Shown piece after piece: positions 13,573 through 29,529 of a stretch of 64,000 nt of DNA (position 1 is the first letter of the stretch; each line of letters starts with the position of its first letter). The translations under genes were made by a program, and so were the position numbers. The notes beneath the pieces were generated by a model. The model did not search any database, had not been told where the DNA came from, and worked only from the letters and a program-made list of their open reading frames with translations. The stretch is from Escherichia coli (lineage in GTDB: Bacteria; Pseudomonadota; Gammaproteobacteria; Enterobacterales; Enterobacteriaceae). The DNA is taken from the NCBI RefSeq assembly GCF_029227855.1, contig NZ_CP074356.1. One strand, given 5' to 3'.

Positions 13573-15008
13573 TTTGCCTCCGATGCCAGTTCGTCAAAGA
13601 CGTCTTTGCCGAGAGAGCATTCCGGGCACAGGAAGTTATCCGGGACTTCACTCCACGGCGTTCCTGGCGCAACGTCCTGCATTGGCTCGCCTTTTGCCGG
13701 ATCGTAAATCCACTGGCAGACGCTGCACTGCATCCGTGGGCCGAGGTCAGCCGTCGTGGTGGCAGAGGTTTCTTCTTTAACCACCGTATTCACCGTGCTC
13801 TGCGGCAGCGGCGCGAGCGCCCACTGACGGGCGATTTCGCGACCGTGTTCACGACATAGCTCCAGAGCGTCCTGGTCCGGTCGCCATTTGGCTTTCAGGC
13901 TAAGCGACATTTCGAAACCTGCATCCTGCAGGCGTGTGGAAAGACGATCCACCGCACCGCCGCTCCAGCCGTGAGATCCGAAAGCACTGGCGCGTTTGTT
14001 ACGGAAGCGTAAACCAGTCATCTCCTCCACCAGCCCGGCGATTTTCGGCATCATCACGTTATTCATCGTCGAAGTGCCGACCAGCACGCCTTTTGAGCGG
14101 AATACATTGGTCAGGATTTCGTTTTTATCGCTTCGGGCGACGTTGAAAATTTTCACCGCCACGCGTGGGTCGGTTTCCGCAATCCCCTGGGCAATAGCGT
14201 CAGCCATCATGCGGGTGTTATTCGACATGGTGTCGTAGAAAATGGTGATTCTGTCTTCCTGATAATCCGCCGCCCATTTCAGGTACAGCTCGACAATTTG
14301 CGTCGGGTTATCGCGCCATACCACGCCGTGAGAGGTCGCTATCATATCGACTGGTAAGTTAAAGCCCAGGATCTCGGTAATTTTCGGCGTTACCAGGCGG
14401 CTGAACGGCGTCAGGATATTGGCGTAGTAACGCTGGCACTGCTCGAAAAGCTCCGTCTGATCCACTTCATCGTTGAACAGATGCTCGTCGCAGTAGTGCT
14501 GACCGAAAGCATCGTTACTGAATAGCACCGCGTCGCCTGTCAGGTAAGTCATCATGCTGTCCGGCCAGTGCAGCATTGGCGTTTCGACAAAAATGAGCTG
14601 TTTGCCGTTGCCGATATCCAGCGTGTCGCCAGTTTTCACCACATTAAAATTCCACTCCGGATGATGGTGATGACCATTTATCGAGTCGATAGCGTTGGCA
14701 GTACAGTAAATCGGCGTATCGGGAATTTGCGCCATCAGTTCGGTCAGCGCCCCGGCGTGGTCCTCTTCTGCATGGTTAATCACGATGTAATCGATATCCG
14801 CCAGATCGATTTCATTACGCAGGTTCTGCACAAATTCGCGGCTGAATTTATGGTCAACGGTGTCGATCAGCACGTTTTTTTCTTCGCGGATGAGGTAGCT
14901 GTTGTAGCTGCTGCCGCGCAGCGTTTTATATTCTGTGCCGTGAAAATCACGCACTTCCCAGTCACGTTGACCAACCCAATGAATGTTATTTTTCACCACA
15001 ATAGACAT
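13569..15008 (-). CDS. norV: Anaerobic nitric oxide reductase flavorubredoxin
   Basis: 479 aa; metallo-beta-lactamase and flavodoxin domains plus C-terminal rubredoxin CxxC...CPxC. Confidence 0.95.
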   Translation of the reverse strand: MSIVVKNNIHWVGQRDWEVRDFHGTEYKTLRGSSYNSYLIREEKNVLIDTVDHKFSREFVQNLRNEIDLADIDYIVINHAEEDHAGALTELMAQIPDTPIYCTANAIDSINGHHHHPEWNFNVVKTGDTLDIGNGKQLIFVETPMLHWPDSMMTYLTGDAVLFSNDAFGQHYCDEHLFNDEVDQTELFEQCQRYYANILTPFSRLVTPKITEILGFNLPVDMIATSHGVVWRDNPTQIVELYLKWAADYQEDRITIFYDTMSNNTRMMADAIAQGIAETDPRVAVKIFNVARSDKNEILTNVFRSKGVLVGTSTMNNVMMPKIAGLVEEMTGLRFRNKRASAFGSHGWSGGAVDRLSTRLQDAGFEMSLSLKAKWRPDQDALELCREHGREIARQWALAPLPQSTVNTVVKEETSATTTADLGPRMQCSVCQWIYDPAKGEPMQDVAPGTPWSEVPDNFLCPECSLGKDVFDELASEAK

Positions 15009-15053
15009 AGCAACCTCAATTTATTCAGCGTGTTCTAAAAAGATGTCTTGCTA

Positions 15054-15072
15054 ATTGCAGATTGCGTGCCAG
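15054..15072 (-). promoter_or_regulatory. Sigma-54 promoter of norVW (TGGCAC-N5-CTGCA on minus strand)
   Basis: Reverse complement of ctaattgcagattgcgtgccag gives a consensus -24/-12 element upstream of norV. Confidence 0.7.
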
Positions 15073-15126
15073 TTTTTTATCTAATTGATTTTTATGTATA
15101 AATTAATTCATGCTCATTAATGAGTA

Positions 15127-15182
15127 GTCAAAATGACTATCAATCAAATGGTCGATATGACAATATCTATAGTCAAATTGAC
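15127..15182. promoter_or_regulatory. Three NorR enhancer sites (GT-N7-AC) in the norR-norV intergenic region
   Basis: gtcaaaatgac (15127-15137), gtcgatatgac (15151-15161), gtcaaattgac (15172-15182). Confidence 0.7.
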
Positions 15183-15194
15183 AGTGAGGCAAAG

Positions 15195-16709
15195 ATGAGT
15201 TTTTCCGTTGATGTGCTGGCGAATATCGCCATCGAATTGCAGCGTGGGATTGGTCATCAGGATCGTTTTCAGCGCCTGATCACCACGCTGCGTCAGGTGC
15301 TGGAGTGCGATGCGTCTGCGTTGCTACGTTACGACTCGCGGCAGTTTATTCCGCTTGCCATCGACGGGCTGGCGAAGGATGTACTTGGTAGACGCTTTGC
15401 GCTGGAAGGTCATCCACGGCTGGAAGCGATTGCCCGCGCGGGTGATGTGGTGCGCTTTCCCGCAGACAGCGAATTGCCCGATCCCTATGACGGTTTGATT
15501 CCCGGGCAGGAGAGTCTGAAGGTTCACGCCTGCGTTGGTCTGCCATTGTTTGCCGGACAAAACCTGATCGGCGCATTGACGCTCGACGGGATGCAGCCCG
15601 ATCAGTTCGATGTTTTCAGTGACGAAGAGTTACGGCTGATTGCTGCCCTGGCGGCGGGAGCGTTAAGCAATGCGTTGCTGATTGAACAACTGGAAAGTCA
15701 GAATATGCTGCCAGGCGATGCCGCGCCGTTTGAAGCGGTGAAACAGACGCAGATGATTGGCTTGTCGCCAGGCATGACGCAATTGAAAAAAGAGATTGAG
15801 ATTGTGGCGGCGTCCGATCTCAACGTCCTGATCAGCGGTGAGACGGGAACCGGTAAGGAGCTGGTGGCGAAAGCGATTCATGAAGCCTCGCCACGGGCGG
15901 TGAATCCGCTGGTCTATCTCAACTGTGCCGCACTGCCGGAAAGTGTGGCGGAAAGTGAACTGTTCGGGCATGTGAAAGGGGCGTTTACTGGCGCTATCAG
16001 TAACCGCAGCGGGAAGTTTGAAATGGCGGATAACGGCACACTGTTTCTCGATGAGATCGGCGAGTTGTCGTTGGCATTGCAGGCCAAGTTGCTGCGAGTG
16101 TTGCAGTATGGCGATATTCAGCGTGTTGGCGATGACCGCAGTTTGCGGGTCGATGTGCGCGTGCTGGCGGCGACTAACCGCGACTTACGCGAAGAGGTAC
16201 TGGCAGGGCGATTCCGCGCCGATTTGTTTCATCGCCTGAGCGTGTTCCCACTTTCGGTGCCGCCGCTGCGTGAGCGGGGCGATGATGTCATTCTGCTGGC
16301 GGGGTATTTCTGCGAGCAGTGTCGTTTGCGGCTGGGGCTCTCCCGCGTGGTATTAAGCGCCGGAGCGCGAAATTTACTGCAACACTACAGTTTTCCGGGA
16401 AACGTGCGCGAACTGGAACATGCTATTCATCGGGCGGTAGTACTGTCGAGAGCCACCCGCAGCGGCGATGAAGTGATTCTTGAGGCGCAACATTTTGCTT
16501 TTCCTGAGGTGACGTTGCCGCCGCCAGAAGCAGCGGCGGTGCCCGTTGTTAAGCAAAATCTGCGTGAAGCGACAGAAGCGTTCCAGCGTGAAACCATTCG
16601 CCAGGCACTGGCACAAAATCATCACAACTGGGCTGCCTGCGCGCGAATGCTGGAAACTGACGTCGCCAACCTGCATCGGCTGGCGAAACGTCTGGGATTG
16701 AAGGATTAA
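15195..16709 (+). CDS. norR: Sigma-54-dependent NO-responsive transcriptional activator
   Basis: GAF, AAA+ sigma54-activator ([14 protein letters not shown]) and C-terminal HTH; start placed downstream of the NorR sites. Confidence 0.92.
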   Translation: MSFSVDVLANIAIELQRGIGHQDRFQRLITTLRQVLECDASALLRYDSRQFIPLAIDGLAKDVLGRRFALEGHPRLEAIARAGDVVRFPADSELPDPYDGLIPGQESLKVHACVGLPLFAGQNLIGALTLDGMQPDQFDVFSDEELRLIAALAAGALSNALLIEQLESQNMLPGDAAPFEAVKQTQMIGLSPGMTQLKKEIEIVAASDLNVLISGETGTGKELVAKAIHEASPRAVNPLVYLNCAALPESVAESELFGHVKGAFTGAISNRSGKFEMADNGTLFLDEIGELSLALQAKLLRVLQYGDIQRVGDDRSLRVDVRVLAATNRDLREEVLAGRFRADLFHRLSVFPLSVPPLRERGDDVILLAGYFCEQCRLRLGLSRVVLSAGARNLLQHYSFPGNVRELEHAIHRAVVLSRATRSGDEVILEAQHFAFPEVTLPPPEAAAVPVVKQNLREATEAFQRETIRQALAQNHHNWAACARMLETDVANLHRLAKRLGLKD

Positions 16710-17671
16710 ATAATCCCGGCCTGATAGAAATCCTGCAGGTTAATTGCGCCGGTGAGTTTGCCGTTTTCATCCACTACCGGTGCGGCGGTGATTTTGCGTT
16801 TCATCAGGATCTCTTTGGCGTCGATGGCGCGACTTTGTGCCTGTAATGTGGTGCCGCCTGTCGTCATCGCTTCATTAACTGGCGTGGTGAGTGCGCCGCC
16901 GCCAACCAGCCAGCGACGTAAATCACCGTCGGTAAAGACGCCTTGTACCTGTTGTTGAGCGTCACATACCGCCACCAGCCCCAGACCAGTGCGGCTAAGT
17001 TCCAGCATCGCGTCCATCACGCTGGCGGTTAACGCCACCTGCGGGATGGCATCGTCACGACGCATAAGATGATGCACTTTGTTCAGCAAGCGAGCGCCCA
17101 GCGCACCGGCTGGATGTGAACGGGCAAAATCTTCTTCATTAAAACCGCGCGCCTGCATGACTGCCATCGCCAGCGCGTCGCCCATCATCAGGGTATTTAC
17201 AGTGCTGGAAGTCGGCGCAAGGTGCATCGGGCAGGCTTCGCGTTCTACGGAGATATCCAGCACCGCTTTCGCCGCCAGGCCCAGCGGTGACGTCGGTTTG
17301 CCGGTCATCGCCAGCAGCGCGATAGATTTATCTTCCAGACGCGGAATAATCAGATCCAGTTCCTTCGCGCCACCGGAGTAAGAGATAAACAGCATCACAT
17401 CGCGGCTTTCGATCATCCCCAGATCGCCGTGCAATGCCTCTGCCGGATGGACAAAAAAGGCAGGAGTGCCGGTGCTGGCAAGCGTTGCGGCGATTTTCTT
17501 ACCAATGTGGCCCGATTTGCCAATTCCCGAAACCACCACTTTGCCTTCGCAGTGCAGGATGATATTGGCGGCGCGAACAAAATCATCGCCCAGACGTTCC
17601 GGTAAACGGCTTGCTTCCTGTAACTCCAGCATTAACGTCTGACGTCCCGCGTTCAGTAGTGCTTCACTCAT
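16706..17671 (-). CDS. gutQ: D-arabinose 5-phosphate isomerase
   Basis: 321 aa, SIS domain plus tandem CBS domains; 4-nt convergent overlap with norR. Confidence 0.9.
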   Translation of the reverse strand: MSEALLNAGRQTLMLELQEASRLPERLGDDFVRAANIILHCEGKVVVSGIGKSGHIGKKIAATLASTGTPAFFVHPAEALHGDLGMIESRDVMLFISYSGGAKELDLIIPRLEDKSIALLAMTGKPTSPLGLAAKAVLDISVEREACPMHLAPTSSTVNTLMMGDALAMAVMQARGFNEEDFARSHPAGALGARLLNKVHHLMRRDDAIPQVALTASVMDAMLELSRTGLGLVAVCDAQQQVQGVFTDGDLRRWLVGGGALTTPVNEAMTTGGTTLQAQSRAIDAKEILMKRKITAAPVVDENGKLTGAINLQDFYQAGII

Positions 17672-18437
17672 TGCTCTCTCCGGTTATGATCACATCGATC
17701 CCTTTCTTTTCCAGCGCCTGACGAAACGCCGGATCGATACCTGCGTCGGTAATTAGCTTATCGACGCTTTCAAGACTGCAAACTACGTTGGGGCTTTTAC
17801 GGCCAAACTTTGATGAGTCTGCCATCAAAATCACTTCGCGCGCGGCATTGCACATTGCCTTACTGACGGTATAAACCTCGTTGAACGTGGTTACGCCCGC
17901 ATTGAGATCGATGCCGTCGGTGCCCATAAACAATTTATCGAAGGTGAAATGCTCGAAGGCATTCTCTGCCAGTTGCCCGTGAAATGAGGCCGATTTTTTA
18001 CGAAATGTTCCGCCTGGCATCAGGATAGTTTGTTCGTTATCCAGTTCGGATAGCGCATTGACGATATGCAGGCTGTTGGTCATCACTGTGATGTTATTAA
18101 AGCGCGAGAGCAGGGGAACCATCTGCAAAACGGTACTGCCAGCATCAAGAATGATCGAATCGCCATCATGGATAAAACTAACGGCAGCTTCTGCAATCAG
18201 CTCTTTCTTGTGGGTGTTGATGAGTGTTTTATGATCGATAGGCGGATCGGATTCCTCTTTATTCAACACCACTCCGCCATAAGTACGAATGACGGTTCCG
18301 GCATGTTCCAGAATGACCAGATCTTTGCGGATGGTTGTGCCTGTGGTGTCAAAGTATTGCGCCAATTCTTCAACCGAGCATTTACCCTGCTTTTGCAGAT
18401 ACTCCAGAATGGCGGCCTGACGCTGACGAGGTTTCAT
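17664..18437 (-). CDS. srlR: DeoR-family repressor of the sorbitol operon
   Basis: 257 aa, N-terminal HTH and DeoR C-terminal sugar-binding domain. Confidence 0.9.
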   Translation of the reverse strand: MKPRQRQAAILEYLQKQGKCSVEELAQYFDTTGTTIRKDLVILEHAGTVIRTYGGVVLNKEESDPPIDHKTLINTHKKELIAEAAVSFIHDGDSIILDAGSTVLQMVPLLSRFNNITVMTNSLHIVNALSELDNEQTILMPGGTFRKKSASFHGQLAENAFEHFTFDKLFMGTDGIDLNAGVTTFNEVYTVSKAMCNAAREVILMADSSKFGRKSPNVVCSLESVDKLITDAGIDPAFRQALEKKGIDVIITGESNE

Positions 18438-18503
18438 GGGCGTGATTACCTGATTTAGGTTTCAAAATGATAACTTCGCAAGCAAGTAACATTCACAACG
18501 AAA

Positions 18504-18863
18504 TTATCCACGTTTCAGTTTAAGCGCCAATGATAGAGCATTCTGTGATAGTGGATCATGGGGAAAGATCACATCGGGCTGTAAATCACCCGCATACATA
18601 CCGGTAATTGCGGGAATTTTTTGCGGTCGGGCGAAGACGGTCAGTCCTTTCATAAACAAGGTGCCGACGATGCGTTGCTGATCGTCCAGGGCGATGGCGA
18701 CCACGACCCGCGGTTTAAAGCGCCCGCTGGAACGGCCCACGCCAACCCGCCCTTGCTGGCATAGTGTGTAGAAGGCACGGTTAAAACGAGAAATTTGCCA
18801 ACCGCCTAAGGCCAGTTGCGCACACCAGGCGATAACGGCGACGGTGATGAGTGCGGATACCAT
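18504..18863 (-). CDS. gutM: Glucitol operon activator
   Basis: 119 aa, recognised sequence and operon position. Confidence 0.88.
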   Translation of the reverse strand: MVSALITVAVIAWCAQLALGGWQISRFNRAFYTLCQQGRVGVGRSSGRFKPRVVVAIALDDQQRIVGTLFMKGLTVFARPQKIPAITGMYAGDLQPDVIFPHDPLSQNALSLALKLKRG

Positions 18864-18896
18864 AACTTTTCCTTAATGTAGTGGCGGAAGTCCTGT

Positions 18897-18925
18897 ATGC
18901 CTGATGAGCGTAGCGCATCAGGCAT
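18897..18925. repeat. REP element (gcctgatgagcgtagcgcatcaggc) followed by a second hairpin at 18938-18962
   Basis: Canonical REP-type palindrome between srlD and gutM. Confidence 0.5.
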
Positions 18926-18968
18926 TTTATTAGTCTCGCGGAGATCCTTAACGGATCTCCGCTGTTGA

Positions 18969-20123
<1,155 letters not shown>

Positions 20124-20133
20124 GTTTCAGCCT

Positions 20134-21671
<1,538 letters not shown>

Positions 21672-21908
21672 TTATTGTTTTATTACCAAACGGCAACCTA
21701 ATCTAATCAGATTGAAAGATTTAAAAGTGTTATTTTGATCGCAAAATGAAAGATAAATATTTTAACTTGAAAGTTTAAATAAAAGGATAGCGAGGAGAAT
21801 GAGTTGAGTTATGTAAAGTCCGTATCGGGCAGTGACTACCGCTTCCTTGTGCGGGGCGTGATGCTTTACCATACTTGCCCCTGGTTGAATCTGTTAAATG
21901 GACCCCTC

Positions 21909-22994
21909 ATGTTCAAGCGTCGTTATGTAACATTGCTTCCCCTTTTTGTATTGCTTGCCGCCTGTAGCAGCAAGCCAAAACCTACTGAGACTGAAACGAC
22001 CACCGGAACGCCGTCTGGCGGCTTCCTGCTTGAGCCGCAGCACAATGTGATGCAGATGGGCGGCGATTTCGCTAATAACCCGAATACCCAGCAGTTCATC
22101 GACAAAATGGTGAACAAACACGGTTTCGATCGTCAGCAGTTGCAGGAAATTCTCTCCCAGGCGAAACGTCTGGATTCGGTACTGCGGCTGATGGATAACC
22201 AGGCACCAACCACATCGGTGAAACCGCCATCAGGTCCGAACGGCGCATGGCTGCGTTATCGCAAAAAATTTATTACGCCGGACAACGTGCAGAACGGTGT
22301 GGTTTTCTGGAATCAGTATGAAGATGCGCTGAATCGCGCGTGGCAGGTGTATGGCGTACCGCCGGAAATTATCGTCGGGATTATCGGCGTTGAAACGCGC
22401 TGGGGGCGCGTGATGGGGAAAACTCGCATCCTCGATGCGCTGGCAACGCTGTCATTTAACTACCCACGCCGCGCGGAGTATTTCTCTGGCGAGCTGGAAA
22501 CTTTCCTGCTGATGGCGCGCGACGAGCAGGACGATCCGCTCAATCTGAAAGGTTCCTTTGCCGGGGCGATGGGCTACGGACAGTTTATGCCGTCGTCTTA
22601 CAAACAATACGCGGTAGATTTCAGCGGCGACGGGCATATCAACCTGTGGGATCCGGTTGATGCCATTGGTAGTGTGGCGAACTATTTCAAAGCGCACGGC
22701 TGGGTGAAAGGTGATCAGGTTGCGGTGATGGCAAACGGTCAGGCTCCAGGCTTGCCAAATGGCTTCAAAACCAAGTACAGCATTTCGCAGCTTGCCGCGG
22801 CAGGTTTAACGCCACAGCAGCCGCTGGGCAACCATCAACAAGCCAGCCTGCTGCGTCTGGATGTCGGTACCGGTTACCAGTACTGGTACGGTCTGCCGAA
22901 CTTCTACACCATCACCCGTTACAACCACAGTACCCATTACGCAATGGCGGTCTGGCAGTTAGGACAAGCCGTGGCGCTGGCGCGCGTGCAGTAA
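21909..22994 (+). CDS. mltB: Membrane-bound lytic murein transglycosylase B
   Basis: Lipoprotein signal (LLAACSS); start at MFKRRYV, ORF track begins 35 codons upstream. Confidence 0.9.
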   Translation: MFKRRYVTLLPLFVLLAACSSKPKPTETETTTGTPSGGFLLEPQHNVMQMGGDFANNPNTQQFIDKMVNKHGFDRQQLQEILSQAKRLDSVLRLMDNQAPTTSVKPPSGPNGAWLRYRKKFITPDNVQNGVVFWNQYEDALNRAWQVYGVPPEIIVGIIGVETRWGRVMGKTRILDALATLSFNYPRRAEYFSGELETFLLMARDEQDDPLNLKGSFAGAMGYGQFMPSSYKQYAVDFSGDGHINLWDPVDAIGSVANYFKAHGWVKGDQVAVMANGQAPGLPNGFKTKYSISQLAAAGLTPQQPLGNHQQASLLRLDVGTGYQYWYGLPNFYTITRYNHSTHYAMAVWQLGQAVALARVQ

Positions 22995-23138
22995 CTATTT
23001 GCAAGAGGGGAGCGTGAGCTTCCCTCTGGCTAATCAGTTTTTTTCTGAATCCTCCTCGTAAAATTGCAACGCCAACACCATCTTCCTGACGAAAGTGCTA
23101 TCTTGTCCGGCATAAATTTTTGACTGACAGAGGTTGTG

Positions 23139-23636
23139 ATGACTGACAGTGAACTGATGCAGTTAAGCGAACAGGTTGGGCAGGCGCTGAAAGCCCGTGG
23201 CGCAACCGTAACAACTGCTGAGTCTTGTACCGGTGGTTGGGTAGCGAAAGTGATTACCGATATTGCCGGCAGTTCCGCCTGGTTTGAACGCGGATTTGTC
23301 ACCTACAGTAACGAAGCGAAAGCGCAAATGATCGGTGTACGCGAAGAGACGCTGGCGCAGCATGGCGCGGTGAGCGAACCTGTCGTGGTGGAAATGGCGA
23401 TAGGCGCACTGAAAGCGGCTCGTGCTGATTATGCTGTGTCTATTAGTGGTATCGCCGGGCCGGATGGCGGCAGTGAAGAGAAGCCTGTTGGCACCGTCTG
23501 GTTTGCTTTTGCCACCGCCCGCGGCGAAGGTATTACCCGGCGGGAATGCTTCAGCGGTGACCGTGATGCGGTGCGTCGTCAGGCTACTGCGTATGCATTG
23601 CAGACCTTGTGGCAACAATTTCTACAAAATACTTGA
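23139..23636 (+). CDS. pncC: NMN amidohydrolase (CinA-like)
   Basis: 165 aa, recognised sequence; directly upstream of recA. Confidence 0.9.
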   Translation: MTDSELMQLSEQVGQALKARGATVTTAESCTGGWVAKVITDIAGSSAWFERGFVTYSNEAKAQMIGVREETLAQHGAVSEPVVVEMAIGALKAARADYAVSISGIAGPDGGSEEKPVGTVWFAFATARGEGITRRECFSGDRDAVRRQATAYALQTLWQQFLQNT

Positions 23637-24777
<1,141 letters not shown>

Positions 24778-24845
24778 TCGTCTTGTTTGATACACAAGGG
24801 TCGCATCTGCGGCCCTTTTGCTTTTTTAAGTTGTAAGGATATGCC

Positions 24846-25346
24846 ATGACAGAATCAACGTCCCGTCGCCCGGCATATGCTCGCCTGTTGGATCGTGCGG
24901 TACGCATTCTGGCGGTGCGCGATCACAGTGAGCAAGAACTGCGACGTAAACTCGCGGCACCGATTATGGGCAAAAATGGCCCGGAAGAGATTGATGCCAC
25001 GGCAGAAGATTACGAGCGCGTTATCGCCTGGTGCCATGAACATGGCTATCTCGATGACAGCCGATTTGTTGCGCGCTTTATCGCCAGCCGTAGCCGCAAA
25101 GGTTATGGACCTGCGCGTATTCGTCAGGAACTGAATCAGAAAGGTATTTCCCGCGAAGCGACAGAAAAAGCGATGCGTGAATGTGACATCGACTGGTGCG
25201 CACTGGCGCGCGATCAGGCGACGCGAAAATATGGCGAACCTTTGCCAACTGTCTTTTCAGAAAAAGTTAAGATCCAGCGTTTTCTGCTCTATCGTGGCTA
25301 TCTGATGGAAGATATCCAGGATATTTGGCGAAATTTTGCCGACTGA
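24846..25346 (+). CDS. recX: RecA regulator RecX
   Basis: 166 aa, recognised; hairpin with T-run in the recA-recX spacer. Confidence 0.92.
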   Translation: MTESTSRRPAYARLLDRAVRILAVRDHSEQELRRKLAAPIMGKNGPEEIDATAEDYERVIAWCHEHGYLDDSRFVARFIASRSRKGYGPARIRQELNQKGISREATEKAMRECDIDWCALARDQATRKYGEPLPTVFSEKVKIQRFLLYRGYLMEDIQDIWRNFAD

Positions 25347-25473
25347 ACGCATACGGTATTTTACTTCCCAGTCAAGAAAACTTATCTTATTCCCACTTTT
25401 CAGTTACCAGCCCGGCGGTTAAGACACGCTGGAGCTGGTGGCGATATTTCGTTAGCTTGATTTCAGGATAATT

Positions 25474-28104
25474 ATGAGCAAGAGCACCGCTGAGATCCGT
25501 CAGGCGTTTCTCGACTTTTTCCATAGTAAGGGACATCAGGTAGTTGCCAGCAGCTCCCTGGTACCCCATAACGACCCAACTTTGTTGTTTACCAACGCCG
25601 GGATGAACCAGTTCAAGGATGTGTTCCTTGGGCTCGACAAGCGTAATTATTCCCGCGCTACCACTTCCCAACGCTGCGTGCGTGCGGGTGGTAAACACAA
25701 CGACCTGGAAAACGTCGGTTACACCGCGCGTCATCATACCTTCTTCGAAATGCTGGGCAACTTCAGCTTCGGCGACTATTTCAAACACGATGCCATTCAG
25801 TTTGCATGGGAACTGCTGACCAGTGAAAAATGGTTTGCCCTGCCGAAAGAGCGTCTGTGGGTTACCGTCTATGAAAGCGACGACGAAGCCTACGAAATCT
25901 GGGAAAAAGAAGTAGGGATCCCGCGCGAACGTATTATTCGCATCGGCGATAACAAAGGTGCGCCATACGCATCTGACAACTTCTGGCAGATGGGTGACAC
26001 TGGTCCGTGCGGCCCGTGCACCGAAATCTTCTACGATCACGGCGACCACATTTGGGGTGGCCCTCCGGGAAGTCCGGAAGAAGACGGCGATCGCTACATT
26101 GAGATCTGGAACATCGTCTTCATGCAGTTCAACCGCCAGGCAGATGGCACGATGGAACCGCTGCCGAAGCCGTCTGTAGATACCGGTATGGGTCTGGAGC
26201 GTATTGCTGCGGTGCTGCAACACGTTAACTCTAACTATGACATCGACCTGTTCCGCACGCTGATCCAGGCGGTAGCGAAAGTCACTGGCGCGACCGATCT
26301 GAGCAATAAATCGCTGCGCGTAATCGCTGACCACATTCGTTCTTGTGCGTTCCTGATCGCGGATGGCGTAATGCCGTCCAATGAAAACCGTGGTTATGTA
26401 CTGCGTCGTATCATTCGTCGCGCAGTGCGTCACGGCAATATGCTGGGCGCGAAAGAAACCTTCTTCTACAAACTGGTTGGTCCGCTGATCGACGTAATGG
26501 GCTCTGCGGGTGAAGACCTGAAACGCCAGCAGGCGCAGGTTGAGCAGGTGCTGAAGACTGAAGAAGAGCAGTTTGCCCGTACTCTGGAGCGCGGTCTGGC
26601 GCTGCTGGATGAAGAGCTGGCAAAACTTTCTGGTGATACGCTGGATGGCGAAACGGCTTTCCGTCTGTACGACACCTATGGCTTCCCGGTTGACCTGACG
26701 GCTGATGTTTGTCGTGAGCGCAACATCAAAGTTGACGAAGCTGGTTTCGAAGCAGCAATGGAAGAGCAGCGTCGTCGCGCGCGCGAAGCCAGCGGCTTTG
26801 GTGCCGATTACAACGCAATGATCCGTGTTGACAGCGCATCTGAATTTAAAGGCTATGACCATCTGGAACTGAACGGCAAAGTGACCGCGCTGTTTGTTGA
26901 TGGTAAAGCGGTTGATGCCATCAATGCAGGCCAGGAAGCTGTGGTCGTGCTGGATCAAACGCCATTCTATGCGGAATCCGGCGGTCAGGTTGGTGATAAA
27001 GGCGAACTGAAAGGCGCTAACTTCTCCTTTGCGGTGGAAGATACGCAGAAATACGGCCAGGCGATTGGTCACATCGGTAAACTTGCTGCGGGTTCTCTGA
27101 AAGTGGGCGACGCGGTGCAGGCTGATGTTGATGAGGCTCGTCGCGCCCGTATTCGTCTGAATCACTCCGCAACGCACCTGATGCACGCTGCGCTGCGCCA
27201 GGTTCTGGGTACTCATGTATCGCAGAAAGGTTCACTGGTTAACGACAAAGTGCTGCGCTTCGACTTCTCACACAACGAAGCGATGAAACCAGAAGAGATT
27301 CGTGCGGTCGAAGACCTGGTGAACGCACAGATTCGCCGTAACTTGCCGATCGAAACCAACATCATGGATCTCGAAGCGGCGAAAGCGAAAGGTGCGATGG
27401 CGCTGTTCGGCGAGAAGTATGATGAGCGCGTACGCGTGCTGAGCATGGGCGATTTCTCCACCGAGCTGTGTGGCGGTACTCACGCCAGCCGCACTGGTGA
27501 TATTGGTCTGTTCCGCATCATCTCTGAATCGGGTACTGCTGCAGGCGTTCGTCGTATCGAAGCGGTAACCGGAGAAGGCGCTATCGCCACCGTTCATGCA
27601 GACAGCGATCGCTTAAACGAAGTCGCGCATCTGCTGAAAGGCGATAGCAATAATCTGGCTGATAAAGTGCGCTCAGTACTGGAACGTACGCGTCAGCTGG
27701 AAAAAGAGTTACAACAGCTTAAAGAACAAGCTGCCGCACAGGAGAGCGCAAATCTTTCCAGTAAGGCAATTGATGTTAATGGTGTTAAGCTGTTGGTTAG
27801 CGAGCTTAGCGGTGTTGAGCCGAAAATGTTGCGTACCATGGTTGACGATTTAAAAAATCAGCTGGGGTCGACAATTATCGTGCTGGCAACGGTAGCCGAA
27901 GGTAAGGTTTCTCTGATTGCAGGCGTATCTAAGGACGTCACAGATCGTGTGAAAGCAGGGGAACTGATTGGTATGGTCGCTCAGCAGGTGGGCGGCAAGG
28001 GTGGTGGACGTCCTGACATGGCGCAAGCCGGTGGTACGGATGCTGCGGCCTTACCTGCAGCGTTAGCCAGTGTGAAAGGCTGGGTCAGCGCGAAATTGCA
28101 ATAA
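25474..28104 (+). CDS. alaS: Alanine--tRNA ligase
   Basis: 876 aa, recognised AlaRS sequence. Confidence 0.97.
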   Translation: MSKSTAEIRQAFLDFFHSKGHQVVASSSLVPHNDPTLLFTNAGMNQFKDVFLGLDKRNYSRATTSQRCVRAGGKHNDLENVGYTARHHTFFEMLGNFSFGDYFKHDAIQFAWELLTSEKWFALPKERLWVTVYESDDEAYEIWEKEVGIPRERIIRIGDNKGAPYASDNFWQMGDTGPCGPCTEIFYDHGDHIWGGPPGSPEEDGDRYIEIWNIVFMQFNRQADGTMEPLPKPSVDTGMGLERIAAVLQHVNSNYDIDLFRTLIQAVAKVTGATDLSNKSLRVIADHIRSCAFLIADGVMPSNENRGYVLRRIIRRAVRHGNMLGAKETFFYKLVGPLIDVMGSAGEDLKRQQAQVEQVLKTEEEQFARTLERGLALLDEELAKLSGDTLDGETAFRLYDTYGFPVDLTADVCRERNIKVDEAGFEAAMEEQRRRAREASGFGADYNAMIRVDSASEFKGYDHLELNGKVTALFVDGKAVDAINAGQEAVVVLDQTPFYAESGGQVGDKGELKGANFSFAVEDTQKYGQAIGHIGKLAAGSLKVGDAVQADVDEARRARIRLNHSATHLMHAALRQVLGTHVSQKGSLVNDKVLRFDFSHNEAMKPEEIRAVEDLVNAQIRRNLPIETNIMDLEAAKAKGAMALFGEKYDERVRVLSMGDFSTELCGGTHASRTGDIGLFRIISESGTAAGVRRIEAVTGEGAIATVHADSDRLNEVAHLLKGDSNNLADKVRSVLERTRQLEKELQQLKEQAAAQESANLSSKAIDVNGVKLLVSELSGVEPKMLRTMVDDLKNQLGSTIIVLATVAEGKVSLIAGVSKDVTDRVKAGELIGMVAQQVGGKGGGRPDMAQAGGTDAAALPAALASVKGWVSAKLQ

Positions 28105-28338
28105 TATAAGCGTCAGGCAATGCCGTGGACTCGCTTCACGGCATTCGCATTAACGCTATCGACAACGATAAAGTCAGGTTGAAGTTGTGTATATCGGCTA
28201 AACTTAGGTTTAACAGAATGTAATGCCATGACTGCTTACATGTAATGTGTTTGTCATTGCTTACTTTTTGGCGTTATATGATGGATAATGCCGGGATACA
28301 GAGAGACCCGACTCTTTTAATCTTTCAAGGAGCAAAGA

Positions 28339-28524
28339 ATGCTGATTCTGACTCGTCGAGTTGGTGAGACCCTCATGATTGGGGATGAGGTCACCGTGAC
28401 AGTTTTAGGGGTAAAGGGCAACCAGGTACGTATTGGCGTAAATGCCCCGAAGGAAGTTTCTGTTCACCGTGAAGAGATCTACCAGCGTATCCAGGCTGAA
28501 AAATCCCAGCAGTCCAGTTACTAA
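28339..28524 (+). CDS. csrA: Carbon storage regulator (RNA-binding global regulator)
   Basis: 61 aa [18 protein letters not shown]... Confidence 0.97.
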
Positions 28525-28840
28525 TCTTTCCGCGTCTCATCTTTATCGGTGAGACGCACCCCTCAAAATATCTCCTTCACTCCATTGTCTTTTCGCTTTA
28601 CTCCCGTTCATTCAACTTAAGTCTCCATTTTTTTGCATTACTGCTATCTGACAGACCTCCGTTTTTCTGTTGATAAAACACTCTTTTTGACGTTTTTACA
28701 GACTAATTGAGCGTGAAGTGTGCAAACGATAAAAGTGTGGGAAAAATTGTTTGACTTATAAGTCTCAGAAAGTAATATGTGCGCCACGCAGCGACGATGA
28801 GCGATAAACAAGTTCTTCGAAGCACTCGTAAGAGGCGTGT

Positions 28841-28933
28841 GGTGAGGTGGCCGAGAGGCTGAAGGCGCTCCCCTGCTAAGGGAGTATGCGGTCAAAAGCT
28901 GCATCCGGGGTTCGAATCCCCGCCTCACCGCCA
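28841..28933 (+). tRNA. serV: tRNA-Ser (anticodon GCT)
   Basis: 93-nt cloverleaf with long variable arm, anticodon loop ctGCTaa, 3' CCA. Confidence 0.9.
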
Positions 28934-28936
28934 TTT

Positions 28937-29013
28937 GCATCCGTAGCTCAGCTGGATAGAGTACTCGGCTACGAACCGAGCGGTCGGAGGTTCGAATCCT
29001 CCCGGATGCACCA
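28937..29013 (+). tRNA. argV: tRNA-Arg (anticodon ACG), copy 1
   Basis: gcatccgtagctcagctggatag...ggttcgaatcctcccggatgcacca; anticodon loop ctACGaa; symbol by position. Confidence 0.9.
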
Positions 29014-29127
29014 TATTCTACGTACTTTCAGCGATGAAGGTATGGAAGAGGTGGCGGTAATAACCGCAGGCACCAGGGAGGATAACGTTGCTTTAGCAAC
29101 GGCCCGAAGGGCGAGCCGCAAGGCGAG

Positions 29128-29147
29128 TAATCCTCCCGGATGCACCA
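29128..29147 (+). other. Orphan tRNA-Arg 3'-end fragment (taatcctcccggatgcacca)
   Basis: Matches the last ~17 nt plus CCA of the adjacent Arg tRNAs without the upstream tRNA body. Confidence 0.5.
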
Positions 29148-29211
29148 TCTCTTACTTGATACGGCTTTAGTAGCGGTATCAAAAAATCTGAAGTAAAGTA
29201 AGTTTCCCGAT

Positions 29212-29288
29212 GCATCCGTAGCTCAGCTGGATAGAGTACTCGGCTACGAACCGAGCGGTCGGAGGTTCGAATCCTCCCGGATGCACCA
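29212..29288 (+). tRNA. argY: tRNA-Arg (ACG), copy 2
   Basis: Same sequence as copy 1. Confidence 0.9.
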
Positions 29289-29350
29289 TCTCTTACTTGA
29301 TATGGCTTTAGCAGCGGTATCAATATCAGCAGTAAAATAAATTTCCCGAT

Positions 29351-29427
29351 GCATCCGTAGCTCAGCTGGATAGAGTACTCGGCTACGAACCGAGCGGTCG
29401 GAGGTTCGAATCCTCCCGGATGCACCA
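29351..29427 (+). tRNA. argZ: tRNA-Arg (ACG), copy 3
   Basis: Same sequence as copy 1. Confidence 0.9.
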
Positions 29428-29529
29428 TATTCTCCGTAATCATCAGTGATGATGGTTAAGATGGATTTTCTTATTTGATATGGCTTTAGTAGCGGTATCA
29501 ATATCAGCAGTAAAATAAGTTTTCCCGAT

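Noticed and set aside
25387-27216. 609-aa ORF on the minus strand
   Set aside because: Fully antisense to alaS (a recognised 876-aa AlaRS); low-complexity translation with no recognisable domain.
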